From Octopus sinensis (taxonomy: Eukaryota), in contig NC_043019.1 in the NCBI RefSeq assembly GCF_006345805.1, positions 2,108,001 to 2,172,000 on the forward strand: a DNA stretch of 64,000 nucleotides, given 5' to 3'. The notes under the pieces were generated by a model, which was not told the DNA's origin, did no database searches, and was given only the letters and a program-made list of their open reading frames with translations. Of the stretch, positions 50,748-64,000 are shown piece after piece. The translations under genes and the position numbers were made by a program. Positions within the stretch are counted from its first letter, which is position 1; the number at the start of each line of letters is the position of its first letter.

Positions 50748-51050
50748 CACCGTGACCGACCAGGCTATCAGATGTTGCTACACATCGCTGGTCACAATGC
50801 GCTTCACATTGTTTTAACCTTCAAATAACGCCACCCCACTTGCTAAGCGAGCAGGCCAACAGAAGAAAGAGTGAGAGAAAGTTGCAGCGCAAGAGTACAG
50901 CAGGGATCGGCACCATCCCCTGCCGGAGCCTCAAGGAGCTTTTAGGTGTTTTCGCTCAATAAACACTCACAACGCCCGGTCTGGGAATCCTACGACCTCG
51001 ATCCTACAACCGCGAGTCCGCTGCCCTAACCACTGGGCCATTGTGTCTCC
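50748..51050 (-). mobile_element. SINE family C, tail type 3, full length
   Basis: Head at 50960-51050 (-); tail ends GTCGGTCACGGTGATA. Confidence 0.85.
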
Positions 51051-51389
51051 CCCAATTGATTATATATCGTTTATTTTTTTACATTTTTATGTCTGGTTGT
51101 TTCTCCACCTTGATGTTTGACAGATCTGAAGATTTGAAAATCATCTAAATTTTATTAACTATGACAATTTTTCCGCCCACTTTTCAATCAATCCTCACAA
51201 ACTGTCTATTGAGAAACTCTGCACTGAATTTGTCCATAAATTTATTGTGTGTCTTGTGTGTGTGTGTGTGTGTGGTGGGGTGTTTTGGAGATTGCGGCAC
51301 GGGAGTGTGTGGCGTTGTTGCTTTGAGACAAATTTGTGATAATCTCTGTAGAAGGCGCTATGAAGGTTTTAACTCAAAGACAAAAAAAA

Positions 51390-51940
51390 ATATCCTAAAC
51401 GTTCACTGCAATTCATCCTACGGGTTCAAAACATTAATGATGATAATCCCGGAAAATCAATGAGGCTAATTGCCAAAGAACTTCACGTAGGGGATTAAAC
51501 TATCAGAACTGTGGTACACGAGGACATTCGATAGAGGAGTTCTATGTACTAAGGAGAGGTCAATTCATATCTGCAACGTCACTGGAAAACCGCTTGATTT
51601 GTGCCAAACCTTTATTTAACAAAATTAAAAATCCCCACGAACATGACAGGCTTTCTTTCTTCTCTGATGAGAAAAATTCAACCAAGACCAAAGTCTTATA
51701 GGAGAAATAAGAGATGGTTATGAGCAGAATCATTCTGATATACCAAGACTGATGCATACTAAGTTCCGTTAATTGCAATGGGTTTAAGAGTGGTGAGTAA
51801 TGAAGGTCAAATAATGCTACCTCAATGATAGGCACATTGAGGTACTGTAAACAGTTGTTGATCCCTGAATGGATGGAGTACGCAATACAAGATCATACGT
51901 GTTTCAACCAGACTCCTTCAATTTGGGGAACAACCAAAAG
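51390..51940 (+). pseudogene. Tc1/mariner-superfamily transposase pseudogene (maT/DD37D-like)
   Basis: NPGKSMRLIAKELHV, TIRTVVHEDIR, FFSDEKN, VVSNEGQIMLP and YVFQPDS in order, with stops and frameshifts. Confidence 0.8.
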
Positions 51941-52191
51941 TTGATCTGGTCTGCATGGAGGGTGAGAGACAGTTTTGCTGCGCATCTGTCAAAAGTAGTT
52001 GGTTGTCAGAATGCTCGTCACACTAGAAACAAACTTCGCACAGATTTTGTGCACGTTCAAACCTTCATGAATAATTCTGTCTTCAGTTGCCACATCAACT
52101 TTAAACTGTATGCTTTATTACCTCTATAAACACACGACAGATTTTATCCAGGAAATTGCGAATTTTCTCAACCAGCTCTGATGTTCAGAGG

Positions 52192-52293
<102 letters not shown>

Positions 52294-52299
52294 ACATCA

Positions 52300-52437
52300 C
52301 TCACCGTTTCTGCTCTTCTGCTTGCGAAAGGTTGATTCATTATCAGTCTGGAGCATCTCATAAGTTTCTGTAACGTTTCTGCCCCATTTAACACAAAGCT
52401 GTATTATATAGAAAACTTCCAAACGTCCTGACTGCAT
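52300..52437 (-). pseudogene. Mariner transposase N-terminal (HTH) fragment
   Basis: IIQLCVKWGRNVTETYEML resembles mariner IKFCVKLGKSATETYEML. Confidence 0.45.
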
Positions 52438-52517
52438 TCTATATGGTATTTTCAAAGTGTTGTTACAGCCGTTTCTTTTAGATTATCAACAGTCGGATGA
52501 TCCGCTTATTAGATGTA

Positions 52518-52741
52518 TACGAGGGTGTGCTGAAAAGTTCCTGGCTTTAAGGTTATCAGATAAGGCCTGGCTGGAGGCCCAGCCTTCCGAGATCTATTAC
52601 AGGGCTCAGAAAAACTGAAGGAATGCTGCAATAAGTGACAAAAATGCTGAGAGGGGAATATGTTGAATAAAATCATAATTAACAGATCCTCCCTATATTT
52701 TATTATATCCAAAGCCAGGAACATTTCAGCATCCACTCGTA
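52518..52741 (+). mobile_element. Mariner-derived MITE, copy 2
   Basis: About 30-bp TIR TACGAGGGTGTGCTGAAAAGTTCCTGGCTTT with TA ends; contains LRGEYVE*, the mariner C-terminus. Confidence 0.85.
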
Positions 52742-52861
52742 CTAATGATAAACTAAAATTACAATAATCCAGGACTGTTATAACTACCTACTCTTAAAAA
52801 ACGTCTCAAAAACTGGGGAATGCGCCTCGCATATACACGCACCAATTGGTGCGTGTATGTA

Positions 52862-53097
52862 CGAGGCGGCGAGCTGGCAGAAACGTTAGCACGCCGGGCG
52901 AAATGCTTAGCGGTATTTCGTCTGTGTTACGTTGTGAGTTCAAATTCCGCCGAGGTCGACTTTGCCTTTCATCCTTTCGGGGTCGATAAATTAAATACCA
53001 GTTACGCACTGGGGTCGATGTAATCGACTTAATACCTATGTCTGTCCTTGTTTGTCCCCTCTGTGTTTAGCCCCTTGTGGGAAATAAAGAAATAGGT
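52862..53097 (+). mobile_element. SINE family B
   Basis: Near-consensus full copy. Confidence 0.92.
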
Positions 53098-54138
53098 ATG
53101 TACGAGACTCGATCTTAGTATTTGACTTATAATGTTTTTCCTATCGTCCAAACAGGAAAGAAAGATAACACTGACCTTGGTTGGATTTGAAATCAAAAGG
53201 TTAAAACTATAGTAATTAAACACTGCCATACATTTCACCAGACCCAACGCCAAGGGAAGCTTAACGTTGAAATATTAATAAATAATGAGAGAATGCCAAA
53301 AGTACTTTAGTTAAATGGTTGCTTGAAAGCAATACCAGAGAAAATATAATTATATCCTTATTGTGGTTTGATATTTGTCCTAGAGGAACACAGTTATAAT
53401 CGCAGCTAAATGCTGATGGTATAAGATTTCATACAAAACATACAAAATACAAAGAAATGTTGGGAAAACGAGATTTCAGACTGAAAATTATTTTTAAATG
53501 AATTTGAAAAACAAATACGCTAGAAACATTTGGAAATGAATGTGTATGTTTTCAACGTATCGTCTCTGCTTTCAGAAAGCAATCATGGTTGTGTGGCAAT
53601 GAAGTTAGCTTCGCAACTTTCTACTTTGGGGTTCAATTCTGCTACGTGAAACTTTGTGGCAGGGATTTCTACCATGGTTTTTGGTAGACCAAATTCTTGT
53701 GAGTGAAATTATGCAGCCAGAAACACATTAGAAGTTCTGTGCCAGTTATGTGATGACAGGATTTAATCTTCAGCACGGTTTAACATCACCACCTTAACCT
53801 GGAGTACCTTTCGTAGCAGTTCCCACAGCTCCAAGCATTCATATCAGATTTCTGGTTTCTGGAGAACTTTCTTCGTTCTTCTTCACCACTCCCAGAGGCC
53901 CTGAAAGAAAGTATCATGGGCGATGCCTTTATAAACTAAAAGATACACTTTCACGTGTGTAAATCTCTGCCACAAAGTTACCCGTAGCAGAATTGAATCC
54001 CAAGGTACGAAGTTGCGAAGATTAATTTTTATTTGCAACGCAACCATGCCTGCTTCCTGAAAGCATACATGATTCGTAAAAAAAATATACTAATTTATTT
54101 TCGAATTTTTGAAACGTGTACACACACACACATATATG

Positions 54139-54175
<37 letters not shown>

Positions 54176-54282
54176 GTATATATATATTTATATATATATT
54201 TATATATATATACATATACACACACATGCATATATATTTATATATATATATACATATACACACACACACGTATATATATATT

Positions 54283-54331
<49 letters not shown>

Positions 54332-54353
54332 TATATATATGTATGTATATATA

Positions 54354-54386
<33 letters not shown>

Positions 54387-54486
54387 AGTAGATGAGTGTA
54401 TTTTTACCTTGTTAACAATTAACACGGAAAAAATAAATAAATAGTTACCAGGGCAGCACCTCCATTTTAACTCCATTTTTTTATTC

Positions 54487-54603
<117 letters not shown>

Positions 54604-54604
54604 G

Positions 54605-54745
54605 ATAGAGAGACTGTCATTCTGTCGGTTGCGACGACGAGTGTTTCAGTTGATCCGATCGACGGAACAGCCTGCTGGAGAAATTAAAGTGCATATAACT
54701 GAGCACTCCACAGGCACGTGTACCCTTAGCGTACTCCACAGAGTG
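54605..54745 (-). mobile_element. SINE tail fragment (alternative tail of family D)
   Basis: Reverse complement of the tail at 25545-25632; another fragment lies at 37240-37295. Confidence 0.75.
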
Positions 54746-55269
54746 TAACAACGTTGTCCCTTGGAAATTCAGGTACTACACATCTGAGTACATCTCAATG
54801 GATTGGAACAACCGGAAAGACAGACGATACAAAAAAAAACAAGGACAGGTCATTCGGAGTTTTCTTTCTTCAGTCGAGTTCCAGATTATCTTTGCATTTT
54901 CGGCTGGTTATACTCGATGCAATTTCGGCGAGAAAGAGAGAGAGAGCGGGGGAGCTTTTGAAGTGACGTATAGATATTGTATATTTAGAATAAACATTTT
55001 AACGGATGATACAATCAATTAAGTTTAATTCACAACCATCGTAATTCACTTCATTATATCTCAAACACAAACCAATTGAAACCCTTTTATGTCCAAGATA
55101 GTCTCGTCATTACAACACACAATAATAATATATGTGTGGATATATATGTATATAATTAAGTATCTAAGTTTACTCCTACGTGTAACTACAACAAACTATA
55201 TAAACAATTACATCTTCTATACAACTCCTTCATCAATTCAAATTAGTTGGTATAAAAATTAATTGTTTA

Positions 55270-55683
55270 GGATCTTTTCGGTTTGAACGGCAGTTTTTTT
55301 TCTAGCGGTGTCATATGCAATTGACACCCATAATTATGACCCTAGTATCGATGTATTGCATTTCAATCTGTTTTAGGGTTAGGGGTGAGGGGAAGGGTAT
55401 CTTTTTTTCTTCAGAAATGTAAATAAACCCAATCTGTTTCTTAAACGAGGGACATATTCATACGGCACAGAATGTTATTTACCTCAATAGACGTCACTGA
55501 TTGGTTGAAATTGCAGAAATTGAAGGAAAAAAAACAACAAATATCTTACAAACTATAGAATTTTCTCAATAAAGCCAAGAGAAAAAGATGTTTTATAAAC
55601 ACATTCTACCAGTATACGAAGTTTTAAATTTTTTAGTTACCTAGAAATTATGTTAAAAACTGTCGTTCAAACCGAAAAGATCC
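55270..55683. mobile_element. MITE with GG termini and 8-bp TSD, copy 2
   Basis: Perfect TSD ATTGTTTA at 55262-55269 and 55684-55691; homologous to 32976-33391. Confidence 0.88.
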
Positions 55684-56389
55684 ATTGTTTAAATTAACTG
55701 ATAATAATCTTCTATATTTATTTATTATTTTCTCGTAGGGCTAATTACGTAGTAAATACGAACAGAAACCTAAGGAAAATTTCTCTCTTTGTTTACTTAA
55801 TCTATCGCAGGGAGAATTCCATAATTATTATATCTTGGGCTTCTGCAATGAAAATCGAATTTACTAATTTTTTAGGTGTAACCAGATTTGAATTTACTTT
55901 AAAAAATTATTATTATTCGCACACCATGGAAGAGAGAAAACATCGATACAAGACAGGAAATATCGATACAAACCAAACAAGCAACGTTCCCGATGAACTA
56001 ATTAATATTATTACTTACAAAATGAGGGACCATATATGGTGCATATCTAAACTTTATCAATACTTTCAGAAGTAACAAACAATATTGTTGTAATAAGAAT
56101 ACTATTTGTAAACTATACAATTCTATAGTAATTATTATTTTGCTTATTAAATTTATTTAGTAAGTCAAATATATATACATGCTGGTTTTCTTTCAGTTTT
56201 TGTCTACCACTCACAAGGCTTTTGTGGGCCCAAGGCTATATAGTAAAGGACACATGCGCAAAGTGCCATTCAGTGGAACTGAAACCGGAACAATGTGCTT
56301 AGGAAGCAGAAACAGCCACACCTCTACTTTCAAAAAATAAATTGTGGTGGAAAGTAAGTTTAGCTTTGGTTGAATATATCATTGAGAGA

Positions 56390-56742
56390 TGTTTGGGTGA
56401 CACCAGAAATGCAATACGAAAAATACAGAGAAAAACGACAGATCTTAATAATAAGTTATACACTTTAGTATTTCAGATAAGGGACCTCTTGTATATTGGT
56501 GACAATATTGTTAGATGCAATGAAAAAGGATCTTCAAGCACTTATGGATAAAATTTCGTTGGTATGTAATGGTTTCGATAAAACTATTTTTCTTTATCAG
56601 CAATGTCTTGAAACACTTTGTGTAGCTCTTAAAATACTGACATATGGTGAAACTTTGAAAAACGTATCCCCTTTCAATTACCTTGGCAGCATGTTAAACA
56701 GAGCTACAAATCTTAGAGAAGTAAGAATTCAGAATACATAGA
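56390..56742 (+). pseudogene. RTE (BovB-like) LINE reverse-transcriptase fragment
   Basis: IRDLLYIGDN..., KDLQALMDKISLVCNGF and YGETLKNVSPFNYLGSML correspond to the RTE YADD region and downstream motifs. Confidence 0.7.
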
Positions 56743-56867
56743 TACCTTTTGAGAAATTGTAAATTTGACTATGGTCTAAGAAATTTCTATCTATCTATAT
56801 ATTTATGTGTGTGTGTGGTTGGATTTATGTATGTATGTTTTTTGTATGCACGTATGCGTGTATGTAT

Positions 56868-56949
<82 letters not shown>

Positions 56950-57078
56950 TATGTGATCTTCTAGCATATTGGTTATCCACTTAGGGGTTATCCCTAAATA
57001 TACGCATGTATTACAATTTTTTCTAATTTTTCAGATTGTTCTATATGCTAGGCTACTGGTTTAAAAAATGTTGTAAAT

Positions 57079-57470
57079 AGAATGGCTGTGTGATAAGTAG
57101 CTTGTTTACTAACCACATGGTTCCGGGTTCAGTCCCACTGCATGGCACCTTGGGCAAGTATCTTCTACTATAGCCTCGGGTCGACCAAAGCCTTGTGAGT
57201 GGATTTGGTAGACGGAAACTTGAAGAAGTCCGTCGTATATATGTATATATATGTATATATGTGTGTGCGTGTATGTTTGTGTTTGTCCCCCTAGCATTGC
57301 TTGACAACCGATGCTGGTGTGTTTATGTCCCCGTCACTCAGCGGTTCGGCAAAAAGAGACCGATAGAATAAGTACTGGGCTTACAAAGAATAAGTCCCAG
57401 GGTCGAGTTGCTCGATTAAAGGCGGTGCTCCAGCATGGCCGCAGTTAAATGACTGAAACAAGTAAAAGAG
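57079..57470 (+). mobile_element. SINE family A
   Basis: Full copy. Confidence 0.9.
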
Positions 57471-57805
57471 ATGGAAGGAAGTCATAGATAATCAGCTAAA
57501 GTGCATTGATGATTAAATTTCAATTAAATATAACATTTGATCACTTGTTTTCTTTATTCAAAATCGGACAGAGCTTATGGGATGACCTGATAGAATAAAT
57601 TACCAGTCAGGTCGTGAGATCGATTTAATCGATTCATTTATCCCCTGAAAATTCTAGCCTTGTGCCTATGAGGAAATTTGTTATTTGGTTTTGTTGTTGT
57701 TGTTATTGTAGTTTCTGTTGCTGTTTTCTTCTTCTTCTTCTTCTTCTCTTCTTCTTCTTCTTCTTCTTCTTCTTCTTCTTCTTCTTCTTCTTCTTCTTCT
57801 TCTTC

Positions 57806-58284
57806 CAGTCAGGACTCACGTCATTAGCCACAAAGAATAATCTCTAATTCGAGCCTACTCTAAGCTACTAAGAGTGCGTGTGGCAACTTGAAGATCCACC
57901 CACCACACGCGATAGACTGGCGGTTGCACGGGCGTGAAAGCTACGTTGTTATCCTCATTCCGTAAACGGTGACTTTTTAACGGGTGGGGAGCTGAACCAT
58001 CCTGAGGTACAGAGGATTCGCAATCTAGACTAGGGTCTGAATGTTTACCACACCATATTGAGTTACACCATGGTTCCTCTGCTTTGTGGCAGAAGTAGGA
58101 AGAAAGAGTGAGAGAAAGTTGTGGTGAAAGATTACAGCGTGGTTCACCACCACCCTCCGCCGGATCCTCGTGGAGCTCAGGTGTTTTTACTCAATAGAGA
58201 CTCACAATGCCCGGTCTGGGAATCGAAACCGCGTTCTTACGACCGCGAGTCTGCTGCCCTAACCACTGGGCCATTGCGCCTCCA
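57806..58284 (-). mobile_element. SINE family C, tail type 4, ending in (GAA)n
   Basis: Family-C head at 58100-58284 (-) joined to about 290 bp of different sequence, followed by (GAA)n at 57727-57805. Confidence 0.6.
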
Positions 58285-59989
58285 CTTGTTGCTGTTGTTG
58301 ATTTTGTTGCTGCTGCTACTACTACTGCTGCTCATTGAAAACAGTAATGTATTTTCTTCCAGGATTATCTTAAGAAAAATACTTTTTATGTGCTCTTTTT
58401 ATCACGAATCATATTTTGAACATTTAAATGCTTACCCTCTCTACTTGGATTAAAAAAAAAATTCAGTTGACAGTTTTATTGTACGGATTTTAAAAAAACT
58501 ATCTATATGGATTTGTTTATAAGTGATTCAATATGGTTTTCTCTGAAGGAGCTGAAGATGCTAGTCGTAAAGGTCTTAGTGGTAAATATTTCCCATCCCA
58601 CGCCAAATTTTTAAAATCTCGATAAAGAATCAAAAACAAGGAATAGCAAAAACTGACAAAAAAACTGACACAATTACAGAGACAATTTGACAAGACAACG
58701 TGTAAACATAAATGAATTCAACAAAAGCTTCGCCAACAGCTCATTGTTGGCTTCTGTTCTGTGCCAAAAGGAATATTGGAAAGTTATCAATTCCAGATAA
58801 AGGAAGGTGTTAAGAAGTGATATTTTACGAAAAAGTGTCTCCGAGGCCGAAGAATTTATGCAGAAGAAACCAAGACAAAAAGCCAAAATAGAAAAAAATA
58901 CGGTTAAGGTTTCTACAGGCTATCGAAACAAACGTTGGAAGAAGCCCTAGCTGACGTGCAGATGCATTTATGTCCCACCAACCATGGCAAGGCGCATGAT
59001 ATAGAGTCTGGCTTTTAAGGCTGAGGACGTGACAAGGAACAAGCAGATCAGTTGTGCCACAATCTATCCCTACTGGGGTAACGAAATATGAGGGTTATTA
59101 CTAGAGATATTTAAGTTAACATTAAGACTTGCTTTATCATCTCATTTGTATTGGAGTAAAAATAGGTTGTGCGCACAGAGGCGACCCGTGGTAACATACC
59201 GTTCGATGTTGCTGTGTGGATATCGAGGCCCTAATAGTCTCTATCTCTCTCTCTCTTTTGCCTTCTCTCTCTTTCTCTTTTGCCTTCTCTCTCTTTCTCT
59301 TTTGCCTTCTCTCTCTCTCTCTTTCTCTTTTGCCTTCTCTCTCTCTCTCACACACACACACACATACACACACACTCGTTGGGAGATCGGATGGTAAATT
59401 TATCTGACAAGTGGTATCATGCAGAAGTTCCTGCTGGCACACGTGTTGCAGTAAAGACAAGTTGAGGGCCGTCTGAGCAAAAGTAGTGTAAAAGCAAAAA
59501 GCAAAAAAGAAAACGTGTGGCATACAGCTTCAGAGATAGTAATGATGTTCTGTTAGCAGAGCCTCACCGACCCGATCTCCGGGATTAGCAAGATCGGAAA
59601 CAAATGAAATTGCTTCATCCTTGGTATAACAAGTACCAAAGAACCACAGAGACAGCCAAAGTTTAAGAGCAGCAGTATCACTATATTGTTTTGCAGTTAT
59701 GAGGAGAGATGGAGACCGATGAAGGAATCGAGACACTAAGAGAAGAAAGAGGTGTAAAAGATTAATGCCAAACCCAAAGAAAAGGCAAACAACTGATAGG
59801 AGTCCCTCATAGAACGATACTCTCTCCGCTGGAATTGCTGAATCTCAATGTTGCCTGAATCATTAGCCAAAACCTGGGGAAAATGCTAAATGAGCTGAAG
59901 GAGAGTGGATAGGAATATTGTACAGCGAGTAGTGGAAACGTGATTAGGGATTATCGAGGACGAAAAGATGACAGAATTCTTGTAGAAAG

Positions 59990-60445
59990 AACAACACAAA
60001 TCTATACACAATCTATATACGGCTTAGGAGCAACACAAATCCATACAAATCTAATGAAGAACACAAATATATTTACAGCTAATAAACAACACAAATCCAT
60101 TCACAGCTAATAAACAACACAAATCTATAGGCAGCTAATGACCAACACAAGTCTATACGCAGCTAATAAACAACACAAATCTATACAGAGCTAATGACCA
60201 GCACAAATCTATACAGAGCTAATGACCAGCATAAATCTATACAGACCTAATGACCAGCATAAATCTATACAGACCTAATGACCAGCATAAATCTATACAG
60301 ACCTAATGACCAGCATAAATCTATACAGACCTAATGACCAGCATAAATCTATACAGACCTAATGACCAATACAAATCTATACGCAGCTAATGACCAACAC
60401 AAGTCTATACAGAGCTAATGAATAACACAAATCCATTCACAGATG
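59990..60445. repeat. 28-bp minisatellite, about 15 units
   Basis: Unit ATAAATCTATACAGACCTAATGACCAGC; the 28-bp period was checked at 60241 and 60269. Confidence 0.92.
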
Positions 60446-61017
60446 ATGCATGAACTCCGCAATAATGTGGGTGGTTTCCTGTTCGCCCAAATTAGAAGAC
60501 GGGTATTTTCGTAAGAATCAGTTTGCAGGACTCTGGAGAGAAAACTGATCAAGAGTTGTTTGGATGCTTTGATCTTACTTAGCTGGAGTCTCTGAGTGTG
60601 GATTACCCCTCCTGCACTCAGTATGTGTACCAAATATTCAACTTGTCTTTAATGTATTATATTTTCCGAACACACCCTATTTATAGATATGCACGCAAGG
60701 GGAGGGAGAGCAAGTGGGGTGAGGAAATGTGTGTGTATGTGCGTGACTGAGTGAGTGAGACTCTGTGTGTGTGTGTGTATTCTGTTGCTGGTGGAAGTTA
60801 ATAAACTAGAAAAAGTGTGGTCCATTCGATCCCTCTTTTACTGTTCGCGGCGAGGTTCTATAATAAACATGGCCGACTTTTTTTAATGTCTCATATGTCA
60901 AGTAAATTTAATTAATTTACAAATGGGGTGGGTTTTAAAATTTTTTAGGCATACCCAATAGTATGTATTCATACATACATACATATAGATATGCCTCTGT
61001 ATGTATGTCAGTGTATG

Positions 61018-61078
<61 letters not shown>

Positions 61079-61085
61079 CACACAC

Positions 61086-61160
<75 letters not shown>

Positions 61161-61213
61161 CATATATATATACATATATATATACATATATATATATATA
61201 TTATATATATATA

Positions 61214-61255
<42 letters not shown>

Positions 61256-61999
61256 TATATATGTTTATATATATATATATAATATATATATATACATATA
61301 TATTGTTGGCGTCTTATGTATGGCAGTGTTTGCCGTGTTATTTTATTGGGTGTTGATCATACAGAGCATGTGTTGTGTGCCCTGTGTTATTTTATAGGGT
61401 GGTGATTGTGCAATGCATGTGTTACATGTACAGTGTGTACTGCATTATATAGTATTGAAATGAAAGTGTCTTGCGTAGGATGTGGTCTGTAGCTAGCAGA
61501 TCTATTTTTGTACACGGTGTAACACTATAAATCTCTTCATATGGCATGCTTGTTTTTGTTTAGATTAGTTTTTTTTTTATATATATCATACCTTGGTACA
61601 ACAATTATTATTTCTAATATTTTTTATTTCTACAGTTTTATTTCTGCTGTTTTATTTTTTCCTGCCCCACACATAGTTTATCTTACTATCACGATCTGTT
61701 CAATGACGTTTTGCCCACCAACATTTAGGCAATACTTCATTGAGAAAGGACTGCGATTATATAAAGAACAGCCATAAGTCTGCATATATTTACTGTCATA
61801 TCTTAGTTTGTATATTAATAAAAAGGACCATTATTTAAATCTAATCATTTATTGCTTCTAGCGTTTAATTTCCTCTCAAATACACAGATCGAATTTCACT
61901 GTCAACACTACAGCGTCAAGATAAAAGGCGAAGAAGATAAGAAAAACTTTTTATCACAGATATTTGCATAATGTCTTCTTGCTATCTCCTTCTCTTTCG

Positions 62000-62053
<54 letters not shown>

Positions 62054-62969
62054 CAGCACCACCCTGTGTATGCAGCTACATTTTGCTCTTACTCCCTTTT
62101 TCTGTCTATTCTTATGTATGCACACATGCATATGTATATATCTATGGGTATTAATATACATGTGTGTATATATGCATATACGTAAAATATATATATGTGT
62201 GTGTGTGAATATATATGCTAAATAACATAACGACAACAAGGTCTCAGACAGGTAAACACGGCTTCCGTTAGGAAATGGAAGAGAAATCACTGAAAAGATT
62301 GTGTATGGCAATGAAAGAACTCTGACGAACAAAAGAAAAGACAGATTGACTTTCTAACCAAAAAGATAAACAAACGATCGATTAGTTACCTGGATAAATA
62401 TTTAAATAGTTGACTGATAATAAAGGAGGGAAATTGCACCGGTGTGTGTGTTAGTTATAACAAATGGCGTAATCACTCTTCCTAGATACAATAATATATC
62501 TATAATACATTAAAAGTCAGTTTAAATCTTGCTTGCTTGCTTGCAATGTTACCCAGCCAAACTGGCGCATACTGGGGAAAATACTATGTGTTAAGTTTAC
62601 CTTGAAATGTTAATACGAATGGAAAAACAAGTTTCACGTAAATCGGGCAAGCGGTTTTAGAGATATTAGAGATTTGGGGTATAGATACCCAAAACGGTGG
62701 ATAATGGGAAAATATTCCGAAATTAATCTTAACCCTGAAAGGAAAGAAACTCTTATCTTTTTATTAGACACAGTGACTTGACAACGAAAAAGTACGAGTT
62801 TTTTTGACAGTAAATGTTTCTATTTTCGCTTAAGTTAAACACAAAATTTTAATAAATTAGAAATATTTTTAACTGAATGTGATTTTTAAAATGTTAGTTG
62901 TTTGTACAATAAGTATATATATTTTAGCTTTCTTTAAATAAGTAATATTTTTATGGGTTTTTTTAATTA

Positions 62970-63020
62970 TTTAAGGCACCAGTCTCTTTGGAGGCGTGGG
63001 TTCAAATCCCACCGCTGCTA
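62970..63020 (+). pseudogene. 3' half of tRNA-Leu(AAG)
   Basis: TTTAAGGCACCAGTCTCTTTGGAGGCGTGGGTTCAAATCCCACCGCTGCTA covers the anticodon loop, variable arm, T arm and acceptor 3' strand of eukaryotic tRNA-Leu. The 5' half is absent. Confidence 0.85.
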
Positions 63021-63043
63021 ATTAACTTATTAAACATTTTCAT

Positions 63044-63215
63044 AGACGTAGGAGTGGCTGTGCGTTAAGTAGCTTGCTTACTAACCACATGGTTCCGGGT
63101 TCAGGCGCACTACGTGGCACCTTGGGCAAGTATCTTCTACCATAGCCTCGAGCCCACCAAAGCCTTGTGAGTGGATTTGGTAGACGAAAACTGAAAGAAG
63201 CCCGTCGTATATATG

Positions 63216-63296
<81 letters not shown>

Positions 63297-63500
63297 TTGT
63301 GTGTCTGTGTTTGTCTCCCAACATCGCTTGACAACCGATGCTGTTTTACGCCCCCGTAACTTAGTGATTCGGCAAAAGAGGCCGATAGAATAAGTACTAG
63401 GCTTACAAAGAATAAGTCCTGGGCTCGATTTGCACGACTAAAGGCAGTGCTCCAGCATGGCTGCAGTTAAGTGACTGAAACAAGTAAAAGAGTAAAAGAG
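63044..63500 (+). mobile_element. SINE family A
   Basis: Full copy. Confidence 0.9.
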
Positions 63501-64000
63501 TATATTTAACAGGCATATTTATAAAATGCGCCATGTATCTGGAAGCAATCTTTGAGGCTTCGTTTATGCGTTATGTATATTTTTAAAAACAAGAAGCTAG
63601 ACAGTAAGAAAATAAGAAAAAACGTGGAAAAATTGTGAAGAATATTGGTGCGAAAAATGGAATGAGAAAAAGGAAACGAAATCAAGAACTAAGATCCTCG
63701 TCCTCCCTGATTGCAGAAAACTCATTCATGAGTCAGCGGCCCAAAAGGAGGTACCCGGTTACTTCTGAGACTGGCGCAAATGAGCTAGAATAAAACTGAA
63801 AACGTGACTGCGACGGTGCAGGCGAACGTGGAAGCACAATCAGACCCCCGCATTTATGGTCTTCGTGCAGTGGAGCAGGGAGTGGGTTTCCATTACACCC
63901 CCGACTACGACCGACCGTCGGATGTTGTCAGCATGATGCACTCGTTCGTTGGAGCAGGCAGAGCACACTCTAAGTGAATGCCGCTGCATGTACAGGTAAC

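Overview
This is AT-rich, repeat-saturated eukaryotic DNA with a 100-N gap at 9752-9851. The SINE set, R4/Dong LINEs and microsatellite load suggest an octopod cephalopod; that is inferred from recalled repeat families, not from a search. I can support no intact host protein-coding gene. Almost all ORFs in the supplied track are microsatellite or SINE artefacts. The window holds four tRNA-headed SINE groups (working names A-D, D with a CORE-like domain), a headless ~560-bp (AAT)n-associated retroposon (working name E), decayed R4/Dong and RTE LINEs, Penelope-like elements (PLEs), mariner, maT, Tigger, hAT and Merlin-like DNA elements, a Helitron and a 3' half of tRNA-Leu. The strongest signal is a set of type I hammerhead ribozyme folds read directly from the sequence: 4394-4432 (+), 4582-4676 (-), 12922-12965 (+), 13362-13451 (+), plus damaged copies at 12716-12760 (-) and 43170-43215 (+). 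They sit in PLE terminal repeats beside (TA)n tracts and have palindromic helix III. Two intact ones carry a U3:A8 core swap, and two sit inside fold-back inverted repeats. PLE-associated minimal hammerheads are a known class; whether these particular families are described needs a database check.
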